The notes beneath the pieces are model-generated. The model did not search any database. It worked only from the letters and a program-made list of their open reading frames with translations, and was not told the DNA's origin. Below, piece after piece: positions 18,095-27,821 of a DNA stretch of 64,000 bases. Each line of letters opens with the position of its first letter. Position 1 is the first letter of the stretch. The stretch lies in assembly GCA_025830695.1 (NCBI GenBank), contig GCA_025830695.1_4111.1; one strand, 5' to 3'. Source of the stretch: a phage. The translations under genes and the position numbers were made by a program.

Positions 18095-18112
18095 AAAAAC
18101 ATGTGATATAAT
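18083..18112 (+). promoter_or_regulatory. sigma70-like promoter, TGTGATATAAT class
   Basis: TTGAAA (18083-18088), 18 nt, TGaTATAAT (18104-18112). Confidence 0.65.
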
Positions 18113-18157
18113 GTTTATTGTAGGCTTATATCACACATACAATAAAAGGATTTTGAT

Positions 18158-18502
18158 ATGTCTAAACATACAACTTATCGTGGTACAACAATTGACATGG
18201 ATATGCTCAAGTACCAAAATCAACATCAGGTAGCATTAGGTAATGCTAATTTAAACGCACGTGGTGATAAAATCGGTTCAGGTGGAACAATTATTAAAAC
18301 TCGTGAAGAGTTGATTCAAGAAAAAGAACGAGAAATGCAAATTCCTGATTATATCCCTGAACATCAACTTCATAGTACTGAACATGGTACGGATGAAGTA
18401 TGGGATGATGAGAGTTTTGAAGTTAAGCCCGAAGAACAAGAAGCTGAGGTTTCTGAAGAGAAGAAAGCACCACGTCGAGCTAGAACCAAAGATCAGGAGT
18501 AA
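18158..18502 (+). CDS. Hypothetical protein (114 aa), acidic C-terminus
   Basis: Track ORF with AAAGGA upstream. Confidence 0.65.
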   Translation: MSKHTTYRGTTIDMDMLKYQNQHQVALGNANLNARGDKIGSGGTIIKTREELIQEKEREMQIPDYIPEHQLHSTEHGTDEVWDDESFEVKPEEQEAEVSEEKKAPRRARTKDQE

Positions 18503-18510
18503 TATATTAA

Positions 18511-18837
18511 ATGACTAATAAAGTAATGACTGCATGTAAAGGTAAAGTACTGGTAACTGAACTGGAACATGGTGAACGCAAAACAGCAGGTGGTATCGTT
18601 TTAACAAACGATGACGGTAAAATTAGAGGTATTCGTTCTCGCTGGGCAAAAGTTTATTCTGTAGGCGAAGACATTACTGATATTAAAGAAGGTCAATGGA
18701 TTTTAATTGATCATGGTCGATGGTCAAGAACTATTGAAGTTGATGGTATTGAATTAAACTTGGTTGATTATCCAGCCGCAGTTAGTTTAGTTTCAGATGA
18801 AGATCCACGAACTAAAATGCTAACCTTTGGTCGTTAA
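18511..18837 (+). CDS. GroES-like co-chaperonin (T4 gp31 functional analog)
   Basis: GKVLVTELEHGERKTAGGIVL...VGEDI..IKEGQWIL compares to GroES RVIVKR.EVETKSAGGIVL...VG. Confidence 0.75.
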   Translation: MTNKVMTACKGKVLVTELEHGERKTAGGIVLTNDDGKIRGIRSRWAKVYSVGEDITDIKEGQWILIDHGRWSRTIEVDGIELNLVDYPAAVSLVSDEDPRTKMLTFGR

Positions 18838-18851
18838 TAAAATATAATTAA

Positions 18852-18880
18852 AGCTCGGATGAATATCTGGGCTTTTTATT
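18852..18880 (+). terminator. Rho-independent terminator
   Basis: agctcgga...tctgggct stem (with G-U pairs) followed by ttttt. Confidence 0.65.
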
Positions 18881-18893
18881 TGGACAGATTTTG

Positions 18894-19163
18894 ATGATAA
18901 CTGATGATGGAAAATTTAGTTTCAAGGATGTAACATTAGTATCTAAAAACGGAAGATTCATGTTTGAAGATAGAAAAAATACCAAATATGTATATGAAGT
19001 TTCACATGATATGTTTAAAGTTTTATTAGTTGCATCAGCCCAAGCTGAAAGTACTGGGATTAAAAATAAGGCAAATTCTTTTAATTTTTTATTAAATCAA
19101 TTGGAAATGACAGAAGAACTTTTCACGGCTTTATTATATAATTCAGCCGATTGGATTCTATAA
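18894..19163 (+). CDS. Hypothetical protein (89 aa)
   Basis: Track ORF 18891..19163 (TTG or ATG start). Confidence 0.55.
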   Translation: MITDDGKFSFKDVTLVSKNGRFMFEDRKNTKYVYEVSHDMFKVLLVASAQAESTGIKNKANSFNFLLNQLEMTEELFTALLYNSADWIL

Positions 19164-19186
19164 CACGTACACATAAGGAAATACAA

Positions 19187-20140
19187 ATGACCACACTATG
19201 GACTGAAAAATATCGCCCACAATCAATGGAAGATTATGTATCAAAAAACGATGCACTACGCCAGAAAATGGAAGAATGGATTAAGACTGGTGACATTCCA
19301 CATATTGGGTTTTTTGGCCCAGCAGGAACTGGTAAAACATCTGCGATCAAAGTACTAATTAATGGACTAGTTCAAAATGGACACCTTGATCCAAGTGATG
19401 TGACCACGCTTAACATGTCCGATGAAGGCATTGATGCTGTTCGTGACAAAATCGATGCCGCAGCAAAGCTATCATGTTTTGGTAGATATCGTATTTTTGT
19501 TCTTGAAGAAATGGAGCAGATGAACCACAAAGCACAAGGTAGTTTGAAACGTGTAATGGAAGACTATCATGAAAATGCTCGCTTTATTTTAACAAGTAAC
19601 GAACCACATAAAATTCAAAAACCTATCATTTCTCGTGTTCAAGTTATTACAATCGAAAAGCATGATATGGAACAATTCATGACTCGAATTTATAATATTC
19701 TTCTAGCAGAAGGTGTTGATTTGAGTAGTGATGATAGTGTTGAACAAGTTCAAAAGTACATCAATGCTTCCTATCCTGATTTCCGTAAAACACTAAACGT
19801 ATTGCAAAGTTCAGTTGTTGATGGTAAGCTAGTAAAACTTGAAGATAGTATTGAAAATTCAGCAGGGTATCGTACTGCAATTGTTGAAGCATTAAAGGCA
19901 GGCAACATTCGCCAAATGCGTGAACAAATTGTACAAAATATCCCTGATGATGAGATGGATGCATTTTTCTCTTACTTGTACAGAAATGCTGAAATGTTCA
20001 GTACTGATGAAATCACACTGATGAAGATTAAAGTTAAAATTCGTGATGCAGTTGTTAAGCAAGCAACAGTATCAGACCGTGAAATGAATCTTAGTGCTTT
20101 ACTGTGTGAGATTGACCTAATTTGTTCGGGGAACATGTAA
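19187..20140 (+). CDS. Clamp-loader ATPase (RFC small subunit / T4 gp44-like)
   Basis: WTEKYRP, Walker A FFGPAGTGKTS, Walker B VLEEME, SRC-like ISRVQVI. ATG 19187 follows AAGGAA. Confidence 0.85.
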   Translation: MTTLWTEKYRPQSMEDYVSKNDALRQKMEEWIKTGDIPHIGFFGPAGTGKTSAIKVLINGLVQNGHLDPSDVTTLNMSDEGIDAVRDKIDAAAKLSCFGRYRIFVLEEMEQMNHKAQGSLKRVMEDYHENARFILTSNEPHKIQKPIISRVQVITIEKHDMEQFMTRIYNILLAEGVDLSSDDSVEQVQKYINASYPDFRKTLNVLQSSVVDGKLVKLEDSIENSAGYRTAIVEALKAGNIRQMREQIVQNIPDDEMDAFFSYLYRNAEMFSTDEITLMKIKVKIRDAVVKQATVSDREMNLSALLCEIDLICSGNM

Positions 20141-20766
20141 TGAAACCACGTTGTATAGTTTTTGATTGTGATGAAGTTCTATTGGACCATATGGGTATGC
20201 TTTCTGAGTTTGTAAAACAAACTTATAATATCACACCATCAACACCATACCCATTAGAATATGATTTATCAGACTGGTTGGGTGTTCCTCAACCTGAAGT
20301 TAAAAAGATTCTTGAACAGTTCAACCAACAATCATATTTGTTTGGGTTGTTAAAGCCAGTCGAACCAAATACAGTTGATATTGTACAAGAGCTACGTGAT
20401 CGTTTTCATAAAGAAAAATTCGTAGTACTCACAAAATGTGGTAAAAAAGGCTATGGTGAAGTTTTACGAAATGTAAATCTAATGCGTGAATTTGGTGAAA
20501 ACTGCTTTGATGAGATTATTATCATAGAAATGAATGAATCAAAGAAAGAAGCATTAGAGGATTTACAAACACGATATGATGTAAAACTAATGATTGATGA
20601 TTATATCAATAATATTGAAACTGCTATGGGTCTTGGTATTCCATCAGTTATGATGGGATGTTCTCATAATACTATGTATAAGAATCATAGTGGTTTTGAA
20701 TATATCGAAAACTGGACAGAACTTAGACTGAAAATTTATTCAGTACTAGGTAAATATTACAAATAA
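20140..20766 (+). CDS. HAD-superfamily hydrolase (5'-nucleotidase-like)
   Basis: N-terminal CIVFDCDEVLLDH (DxDx[TV] motif). TAATG overlap with the clamp loader. Confidence 0.6.
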   Translation: MKPRCIVFDCDEVLLDHMGMLSEFVKQTYNITPSTPYPLEYDLSDWLGVPQPEVKKILEQFNQQSYLFGLLKPVEPNTVDIVQELRDRFHKEKFVVLTKCGKKGYGEVLRNVNLMREFGENCFDEIIIIEMNESKKEALEDLQTRYDVKLMIDDYINNIETAMGLGIPSVMMGCSHNTMYKNHSGFEYIENWTELRLKIYSVLGKYYK

Positions 20767-20778
20767 AACTTTTAAATT

Positions 20779-20801
20779 GGGGTTTGATTCAAACCCCTTT
20801 T
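20779..20801 (+). terminator. Rho-independent terminator
   Basis: ggggtttga-t-tcaaacccc followed by tttt. Confidence 0.8.
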
Positions 20802-20862
20802 GTTGTATTTTAAAAGTAGTAAATAGTATTATATGTGCTAGTTTTTAAGGATAATATAAAAT

Positions 20863-21426
20863 ATGGACGATTTAGATTATACAGATAATGCTATTCAGCA
20901 GTTGTATGATAACAGTGGTATGTTAGATATACTTCTTGCTGTAGAGAAATATTTCGATGATAATGATTTATATGCGTATAAAGGAATTATTGAGGGTGAG
21001 TTGGTAGAGGGGCCAATTGTAAGTAAGTATTGGTGTACTGTTACATTTAAATACTATCGTGAAAATTTTCCCGATCCTACCGCATTCTCTATTTTAGAGA
21101 AACATGGAACTAAAGTATATGTTAAAGCTGATTATGAAATAACTCCTATTAAAGAACCAAATCGTCAAGCTGACATGAAAAGTGTAGCGACACAATCTGG
21201 CTCTGTACGTATACCAAAAAATGAAAGAATCCCAGTACTATTGGTTAGAGTGCAGATTCCACGAAACTTGATTAATCCAGAAAGTTTTGATGAATATAAA
21301 CTAATGGCAGCAGAATTCAATAGTAATCCAATGAATTCTCCTGAGAATATTGAAGAACCTGTAACTGGTGATGATGTGGATTTGGATGTAGAAGTAACGG
21401 ATGAGACACAAGAAGGTGGAATGTAA
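20863..21426 (+). CDS. Hypothetical protein, acidic C-terminus
   Basis: Track ORF with AAGGA upstream. Confidence 0.65.
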   Translation: MDDLDYTDNAIQQLYDNSGMLDILLAVEKYFDDNDLYAYKGIIEGELVEGPIVSKYWCTVTFKYYRENFPDPTAFSILEKHGTKVYVKADYEITPIKEPNRQADMKSVATQSGSVRIPKNERIPVLLVRVQIPRNLINPESFDEYKLMAAEFNSNPMNSPENIEEPVTGDDVDLDVEVTDETQEGGM

Positions 21427-22106
21427 TGAAAAAGAAATTAAATGAACAAGGCTTACGTCCGCAAGTTCTCAAAGATTTGATTCATCCTATCATTAGTGTT
21501 GATGAATATACTCCTAAAATTGAAGATAGTAATATTGTTATTATGTTTCAGGTACTTAACAACTTTGATGCAGCATATGATTTATCTTCTTTTATTGAAA
21601 AATCACCTATTGACGTAGTTGATACTGAAGCAGCAGAAACACCAAATCTAGATGGTCGTTATCAAGTTTATGTAGAAATGGAACGAAATGCTGAATTCCC
21701 AGAAAAACTATTACGTTTAATTAAAACAATTGAAAATATTTGCCCAGACCCTGGTTGGAAAATCCAACTATATGGTGTTAATGATCCAATCGATGTTGAT
21801 TTTGAAGAAATACAGCAGAGAATTGATTTGGGTATTCCTAGTTCAATTAGTGAGTTTCTTGATTACGCTGGTGTTTCAGTAATCAAAGAAGGAAACATGT
21901 TGACATTAAAAACAGCATATGGTAAATTACATTACAGTACTGGAAGCGGTTTTGTTTCAGAAACATATGTGAAAAAGTTATTAAAGAATGATACACAATT
22001 AGACACTTCGCGTCTTAGTTCCATACTAGGGGAAAGCTATACAGTACTACGAAGTGGTGATCAATATGTAATTGGAAGAAACGGGAAATATTTGGTGTTG
22101 CGATGA
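21426..22106 (+). CDS. Hypothetical protein
   Basis: Track ORF. TAATG overlap with the previous gene. Confidence 0.65.
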   Translation: MKKKLNEQGLRPQVLKDLIHPIISVDEYTPKIEDSNIVIMFQVLNNFDAAYDLSSFIEKSPIDVVDTEAAETPNLDGRYQVYVEMERNAEFPEKLLRLIKTIENICPDPGWKIQLYGVNDPIDVDFEEIQQRIDLGIPSSISEFLDYAGVSVIKEGNMLTLKTAYGKLHYSTGSGFVSETYVKKLLKNDTQLDTSRLSSILGESYTVLRSGDQYVIGRNGKYLVLR

Positions 22107-22921
22107 GAATTTTAAATATGCTTAAATCTCTTCACGAAACAACCAAATTACATCAGGATGAAAAGTATCGTCGCAGCCTTACTAAAGATTTAGCATGTCG
22201 TATGTATATGCGTAGATTTGAAATTTCAAGAATTGGTAAAGGCTGGGATGATGTAAATCGTGAAGACATTGATCCAGATGCAATTTTTAAAGCATACATG
22301 GCTAGAAAAGTTTTCATAAATGAAAAAACTTTTTATATTGATAGTGATAGAGAATTAGAAAATAAATTTACAAAAGGTTTATGGAAGATATGGTGTGTTG
22401 AAGTATTCGGTGAAGTATTACCTGAGCCACCTGTTCCAGAAACTTATAAAGATTTAAAAAGTATTTTTGATAATGAACATATACATTCAAATTTCTCATT
22501 ATATGATACTGTGTCAGAAGCTGTATTTTATGGTGAGTTACATGGTCATAACAAATACTTTGATAGTATGGTTAGTTTTGATTTGTTTTGTCACTTGCCT
22601 GGTGTATCAAGTTGGACATGTGACCAACACAGAGCAAGTAAGATTGATAAGCGAAAATTCTCGGCCCAAAGATTTATGCAAGTTGCTATGAGTATGTATA
22701 AACTTGATTATCTTGGTTGTCCAGAACCATATAAACATTTTTGGAAAGAAAGAGCACAAAAATGTTTAAACTATTGTATAATCCGTTTAATGGACACATA
22801 CATTCTTAAGTTTAGAAATGCAACTGTATACGACATGCCTGAACCACCAAAGAATGAAAAATATCCACCTGTCAAGACATTTGTATGGTACAAGGATAAA
22901 AGTAACAAAAGGATGCACTAA
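22103..22921 (+). CDS. Hypothetical protein
   Basis: Track ORF. ATGA overlap with the previous gene. Confidence 0.65.
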   Translation: MRILNMLKSLHETTKLHQDEKYRRSLTKDLACRMYMRRFEISRIGKGWDDVNREDIDPDAIFKAYMARKVFINEKTFYIDSDRELENKFTKGLWKIWCVEVFGEVLPEPPVPETYKDLKSIFDNEHIHSNFSLYDTVSEAVFYGELHGHNKYFDSMVSFDLFCHLPGVSSWTCDQHRASKIDKRKFSAQRFMQVAMSMYKLDYLGCPEPYKHFWKERAQKCLNYCIIRLMDTYILKFRNATVYDMPEPPKNEKYPPVKTFVWYKDKSNKRMH

Positions 22922-22937
22922 GGTGCGTCCTTTTTTC
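22910..22937 (+). terminator. Rho-independent terminator overlapping the stop codon
   Basis: aggatgcac-taag-gtgcgtcct followed by ttttt. Confidence 0.7.
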
Positions 22938-22947
22938 TTTTCAGGTG

Positions 22948-22976
22948 TTGACATGTGTAGTCGAAGTATGTACAAT
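22948..22976 (+). promoter_or_regulatory. sigma70-like promoter
   Basis: TTGACA (22948-22953), 17 nt, TACAAT (22971-22976). Confidence 0.7.
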
Positions 22977-23017
22977 ATCACCATAGCGTAAATTTTAATT
23001 GATTATGAGGTTTTATA

Positions 23018-24145
23018 ATGAAAGGTAAATATTTTTTCATTGAAAATGGCAAAGAAGTTGAGATTCAAGAATTTAACTATAATTATGTACTGAACTCTTT
23101 ATTGAAACAATATGACCGTTCATCAAACAAAAAATACATTTACAATGTAATTGTACGTCGCACCTATGACTCGCTGGGTAATCCGTTATTTGATGTAAAA
23201 ACTCTGTCATTAGATGAAATCTATTTTGATAATAAACGTCTGAAAGTTCTTGATTTAATGAAGGATAAAATTCATTTTAGTAATATTAGAATTGATCCTA
23301 ACATGCCAGTACCGCCATTAGAGCGTGAATATCGTGAATGGAAAGAAGGTCGTGCCAAACCACGTTTAGACTTGGTACAAACATCACCAGATGTACCTGC
23401 ACCTATTGTTCTTAAGAAAAAACCTATCAACCCAGACGATAGCAGAATTGATGACATTGAAAGATGGGTTGAATTCCCTAGTACTATTGAAAAGAATTCA
23501 GTAAAAGTACTAGACTGGTTTGTAAACTTACCAGTTTGTGCACAAGAAATTGGAACTAAGATTCAACAAATTTCAGAACGTCAATTGGATCTTAACTCAG
23601 CATTACAACAGCATAGTGATTATATTAGAATGCTTATGAATAACCTTACTGTTGCGTTGGAAACGTTGTTCCCATTGAAGCCGACCTTTACACAGAAATT
23701 GTTTGGTAAAACTGATATCAAAGTGCAACCATCAGATTTGCCAAAAGTGATGAAAGCACTAAATGAAGCAGTTAAGTATGACACTAATAAGTTTAGTGGT
23801 CTTAGTACGATGTTTTCAGAACTTAGAAACGAAGTTAATGAAATCAAAAATGAACTTGAATATGGTAAGTTGGGTTGTGAATACGCACTACGTTGTGTGG
23901 ATGATGCGTTTGAATATGAATTAACATTAGAACGTATTATGAAAATGGGAATCACCACCTCCATGACTGAAACGAGCATTATTGCAACAAGTAAGCAATA
24001 TCAAGTTGATATGAATCGTATGGTAGATATTCAAACTATTACTATTCCTTTGATTATCAATCGTTTACAATCACAGACAGGTAAAGCTGTGGATGAGAGT
24101 ACTGTAGAAATTATTCGTAATCTGGCATATGGTAACAAAGAGTAA
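23018..24145 (+). CDS. Hypothetical helical protein (possibly distant TelA-like)
   Basis: Track ORF. The C-terminal half is long and helical, loosely resembling the downstream TelA-like protein. Weak. Confidence 0.6.
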   Translation: MKGKYFFIENGKEVEIQEFNYNYVLNSLLKQYDRSSNKKYIYNVIVRRTYDSLGNPLFDVKTLSLDEIYFDNKRLKVLDLMKDKIHFSNIRIDPNMPVPPLEREYREWKEGRAKPRLDLVQTSPDVPAPIVLKKKPINPDDSRIDDIERWVEFPSTIEKNSVKVLDWFVNLPVCAQEIGTKIQQISERQLDLNSALQQHSDYIRMLMNNLTVALETLFPLKPTFTQKLFGKTDIKVQPSDLPKVMKALNEAVKYDTNKFSGLSTMFSELRNEVNEIKNELEYGKLGCEYALRCVDDAFEYELTLERIMKMGITTSMTETSIIATSKQYQVDMNRMVDIQTITIPLIINRLQSQTGKAVDESTVEIIRNLAYGNKE

Positions 24146-24154
24146 AAAAAATAC

Positions 24155-24183
24155 TTGACTATCATACGTGCTGCCCGTATAAT
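24155..24183 (+). promoter_or_regulatory. sigma70-like promoter
   Basis: TTGACT (24155-24160), 17 nt, TATAAT (24178-24183). Confidence 0.7.
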
Positions 24184-24231
24184 GTTTATCACAGAGCAGC
24201 ACATCATATTAAATTAAACGAGGAATACTAA

Positions 24232-25368
24232 ATGTCCGAGAAAGAAATCAATCCTAAAAAAGCATCCACCGCAGCTAAATCAGCAAAACGCACTACTAAA
24301 ACTGCGTCTAAAGGTCATACAATTGATGCAAGTGATATTTTTAACCAAACTACAAAATCACTACCAGTACTGAAAGATGTTAAGGGAAATACTATGTCTC
24401 TAACAGTTCAAAACATCAATACTGTTGGTACAACTGCTGGTGCTGCTGTTGGGCGTTTGGCTGATGAAATTATGTCTAAAGTTAATGTAACGGATGACAA
24501 TACCGAGTTTGGTAAATCAATCACCACAATTCTTACGTTGACTCGTGCAGTTGATATTGATAGTCTTCAAGAAGATAAATCAATTGTTGGTCGTATTAAG
24601 AAATTCTTTGTTAATGCTCAACAGAAAGTAGGTGATCAGTACAAAAACAGTAAAGAGCAAATTGACGAAATTATGAAAACTCTTCAAACTGGTATTAATC
24701 GCCAGCACGGAGAATGTGAATGGCTTGATAAAGCATATAATGAAAACAAAGAATATTTGTTTGAATTACGTGATACATTAGTTGGTTTAGAAGAAGTAAC
24801 TAAAACACAAGATGCATTATTATTAGAAATGCAAGCAGACAAAAATGTAGACTCTTTTGCTATTCAAGAGCAAAAGATGATTTGTGAAGCACTTTCTAAA
24901 CAAGAAGATAAGATTCGTCGTCTTATCATGATGTGCGAGCTAAGTGGTCCACGTTTGATGAGTATGAAAAAAGTAAACTTGAACACTGTTTCTAAGTTTG
25001 AAGATTTAAAATCTGTTGTTATTCCAGCATGGAAGTCTCAATTGGCTGAACAGTTAATTTCCGAGCGTCAACGTAAGGATAATGAACTAGGCAATCTAAT
25101 TGATAATGAGACAAACCGTCTTTTGGAAACTAACTCTAAAATGGTTGCAGCAAATATGTTGGACGCAGCAAAGGCAAACAACCGTGGTATTGTGGATATT
25201 AAAACCTTGCGTAATGTACATAAAACGATGATTGACAGTATTGAAGCAGTTATTGAAGAAGAGAAAAAAGGTAAATTGGAACGTGAACGTGCTAAACAGG
25301 AAATTGCCCAACTTTCCTATGAACTGGAAGACACTCTTCGTGAAATTGCCGAAAAAGCTAACAAGTAA
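24232..25368 (+). CDS. TelA-like (toxic anion resistance family) protein
   Basis: About 378 aa, all-helical. Size and pattern (LTRAVDIDSL...KKFF...QIDEI...L....) fit the TelA/KlaA family as I recall it. Confidence 0.5.
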   Translation: MSEKEINPKKASTAAKSAKRTTKTASKGHTIDASDIFNQTTKSLPVLKDVKGNTMSLTVQNINTVGTTAGAAVGRLADEIMSKVNVTDDNTEFGKSITTILTLTRAVDIDSLQEDKSIVGRIKKFFVNAQQKVGDQYKNSKEQIDEIMKTLQTGINRQHGECEWLDKAYNENKEYLFELRDTLVGLEEVTKTQDALLLEMQADKNVDSFAIQEQKMICEALSKQEDKIRRLIMMCELSGPRLMSMKKVNLNTVSKFEDLKSVVIPAWKSQLAEQLISERQRKDNELGNLIDNETNRLLETNSKMVAANMLDAAKANNRGIVDIKTLRNVHKTMIDSIEAVIEEEKKGKLERERAKQEIAQLSYELEDTLREIAEKANK

Positions 25369-25371
25369 TAG

Positions 25372-25400
25372 TTGACATATGAGTGCGTTTTTAATATAAT
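25372..25400 (+). promoter_or_regulatory. sigma70-like promoter nested in a terminator hairpin
   Basis: TTGACA (25372-25377), 17 nt, TATAAT (25395-25400). The -10 box lies in the loop of the 25381-25419 hairpin. Confidence 0.65.
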
Positions 25401-25424
25401 CTTATTGAAAACGCACTCTTTTTA
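25381..25424 (+). terminator. Rho-independent terminator
   Basis: gagtgcgtttt (25381-25391) pairs with aaaacgcactc (25409-25419), followed by ttttt. Confidence 0.7.
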
Positions 25425-25447
25425 ATGTACAGATAAGGAACTAACTT

Positions 25448-26137
25448 ATGAAACGTCGTCATATTAGTGTTGATATTGAAGCTCTTGGAACACCTGAACT
25501 TTCCGGTTATGATATTATTATCCCAAATTACGCAGCAGTAGTAGTTCCAAGTAAACCTGAAAATGACATTCGTCAGTTCTTATATATTAAATTACCATAC
25601 CAGGATCAAGTTGCTGCTGGTTTAAAATCAGACGCAGGTGCAATGGATTTTTGGATGAATACATGTCAGAAAGAATACCCTAATGCATATTCTGAAGTTG
25701 CCAGTACTATGAAACTCAAAGCACCTGAACTGTATGGACCGAATGGTCAATCACGACGATTTTTTGCATACAGTAGTATTGTTGATTTCTGGAAAGAATT
25801 ACGTTACAATGATTATGGTGAAGAAGTTCCTCATTCAGTCTGGGGCAACGGATGTAACTTCGATTGTAGTATTTTACAAGCAAACCATTTAAAACTAATG
25901 AACGCTGGTGAGTTGTGGAAGTATGATGCACCTGAAAATGCACGCACATTGAAACGTTTATTGAATGAAGAAGCTCGTATTGAAATGGATGAAATCGTTT
26001 CGGTACAGTTGGATAAATTTATCAGATATGCAAATACGTGTGGGATTAATGGGTTGGAGTTACATCACCCACTGTTTGATGCAGCACGTGAAGCAATCCA
26101 GATTTCATTCTGTCTAAACAAGCTTAAAATGGATTAA
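25448..26137 (+). CDS. DEDDh 3'-5' exonuclease (DnaQ/DexA-like)
   Basis: ExoI VDIEALG, ExoII WGNGCNFD, ExoIII HHPLFDAAREA. Confidence 0.65.
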   Translation: MKRRHISVDIEALGTPELSGYDIIIPNYAAVVVPSKPENDIRQFLYIKLPYQDQVAAGLKSDAGAMDFWMNTCQKEYPNAYSEVASTMKLKAPELYGPNGQSRRFFAYSSIVDFWKELRYNDYGEEVPHSVWGNGCNFDCSILQANHLKLMNAGELWKYDAPENARTLKRLLNEEARIEMDEIVSVQLDKFIRYANTCGINGLELHHPLFDAAREAIQISFCLNKLKMD

Positions 26138-26140
26138 TAC

Positions 26141-27235
26141 ATGAATTTCATTATTCTGTTAATACCTGCTCTTATCGTTGTATTCGTTATGAAATACATG
26201 TACGATAAGCATATCAGTACTAAAGAACTATTGATTCATATTGGTTGTTGTCTGGTTGGTGCGGCTCTTGTTCTTGGTATTTCATACGCAATCAACTATA
26301 GCCAGCTTTATGATGTTGAGATTCTGAATGGTCAAGTAACTTCAAAATACAGCCACAAAGAATATTGCACACAATCTAGTTCATGTAAGCACTATACATG
26401 GCATGAGAAGTGCCATACGCGATATGATAGTAAAGGTAAATCACATCGTGAGTGTGAATCATATAAGGTTTTTGATTACTCATATGAAGTTGATTGGTAT
26501 GTGAAAAGTACAGTAGGTGAGTTTGAGATTGAACGTGTGAACCGTCAAGGTACAATGACACCACCACGTTGGCAGCAAGTTATGATTGGTGACTATGCCG
26601 CCGCAGAGAGTTCATATATCAACTATCTATTTGCTGATAAGAACTCATTGTTTAGTCCTGAAGAACTACACAACATGTATGATGAAAAGTATCTTAGTAC
26701 TATTCCAGAATACCCAAGTGTAGTTGATTATTACAAAACACATCACGTAATTAACACTACAAATTACAACGTTGATGGTTACGATGAATACCTTCGTAAT
26801 GAGCTAAAAACGATGGGTGCACGAAAGCAGGTAAACATCCAAGTACTAGTTTATGATTACAAAGATGTGGATTTTGTTGATGCTACCCTTGCATCGTGGC
26901 GTGGTGGTAAGAAGAATGATGTTATTATGTTCTTTGGTATTGACAATGATGGTAACGTTGTCAAATTTTACAGTACATCATTTGCACAAGGAATGAAGAA
27001 TGAAGAGTTACATGCAAAGATGCGTATTGATGCATTAAATGAAAAATTAACTCTTGACTTACTAGTTAAAGAAGTACATAATATTGACACACAGTTTGAG
27101 AGACTCTCTAATAAAGAGTTTGAGTACTTGTCAGTAAAAATGGAACCTAGAAAAGATGTTCTTATCGGTGCTTCCATTGTTTTGTTGATTCTGTCTATTT
27201 TCATTGGCCTTTATATGAGGGATAACGATTTATGA
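26141..27235 (+). CDS. Membrane protein with N- and C-terminal TM helices and a Cys/His-rich segment
   Basis: Track ORF. MNFIILLIPALIVVFV and IGASIVLLILSIFIGLY. CTQSSSCKHYTWHEKCH...HRECESY. Confidence 0.65.
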   Translation: MNFIILLIPALIVVFVMKYMYDKHISTKELLIHIGCCLVGAALVLGISYAINYSQLYDVEILNGQVTSKYSHKEYCTQSSSCKHYTWHEKCHTRYDSKGKSHRECESYKVFDYSYEVDWYVKSTVGEFEIERVNRQGTMTPPRWQQVMIGDYAAAESSYINYLFADKNSLFSPEELHNMYDEKYLSTIPEYPSVVDYYKTHHVINTTNYNVDGYDEYLRNELKTMGARKQVNIQVLVYDYKDVDFVDATLASWRGGKKNDVIMFFGIDNDGNVVKFYSTSFAQGMKNEELHAKMRIDALNEKLTLDLLVKEVHNIDTQFERLSNKEFEYLSVKMEPRKDVLIGASIVLLILSIFIGLYMRDNDL

Positions 27236-27786
27236 ATGGTAAACTCCTTGCGTTAATTGGTATTTTGGTAGTTATTGTACTAATGGTGTTTGGTTCTATT
27301 AGTATGTATGTTGGTGCACATGATCGTGCAGTTGAGTTTGAAGGAAACATTAAAAAGTACTATGATGCATCTGAAAGTCAACTTAGCAATTATACTCTTA
27401 CTATTCAAGATAAGGTTCAAGTAGCAGATAAGTACAAAAATGCGTTGAAAGAAACGATTGAGTCATACTTTAAAGGGCGTGAAGGTGTTGACCAGAAGTT
27501 TGTAATGTCACAGATTCAACAACAGGTTCCAAATCTTGATCCTAAAATTTATCAGGAATTGATGGTGACAATTGAAGCAGGACGTACAAAGTTCAACAAT
27601 CTTCAGAAAATGAAAATTGACCAGTGTACTGATTATGCTAAGTTCCGCAAAGGCTTCTGGAATTCCAAAATTCTTGATTCGAATACGTTTCCAAGTGAAA
27701 ATATTGAACACCTTTGTACAGTAGTATCTGATACACGTACCAAGAAAGCAATGGATACTGGTATTCAAGAATCAATTAAACTATAA
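27232..27786 (+). CDS. Single-pass membrane protein (LemA-like call uncertain)
   Basis: N-terminal TM LLALIGILVVIVLMVFGSI. ATGA overlap with the upstream membrane protein. Confidence 0.6.
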   Translation: MNGKLLALIGILVVIVLMVFGSISMYVGAHDRAVEFEGNIKKYYDASESQLSNYTLTIQDKVQVADKYKNALKETIESYFKGREGVDQKFVMSQIQQQVPNLDPKIYQELMVTIEAGRTKFNNLQKMKIDQCTDYAKFRKGFWNSKILDSNTFPSENIEHLCTVVSDTRTKKAMDTGIQESIKL

Positions 27787-27795
27787 TTAAATGTT

Positions 27796-27819
27796 GGGAG
27801 TACTTTGTACTCCCCTTTT
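27796..27819 (+). terminator. Rho-independent terminator
   Basis: gggagta-ctttg-tactccc followed by c-tttt. Confidence 0.75.
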
Positions 27820-27821
27820 CT

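Noticed and set aside
27232-27786. LemA-family assignment for the single-pass membrane protein.
   Set aside because: Only the general architecture (N-terminal TM plus helical domain) matches. I could not find the conserved LemA sequence blocks by eye.
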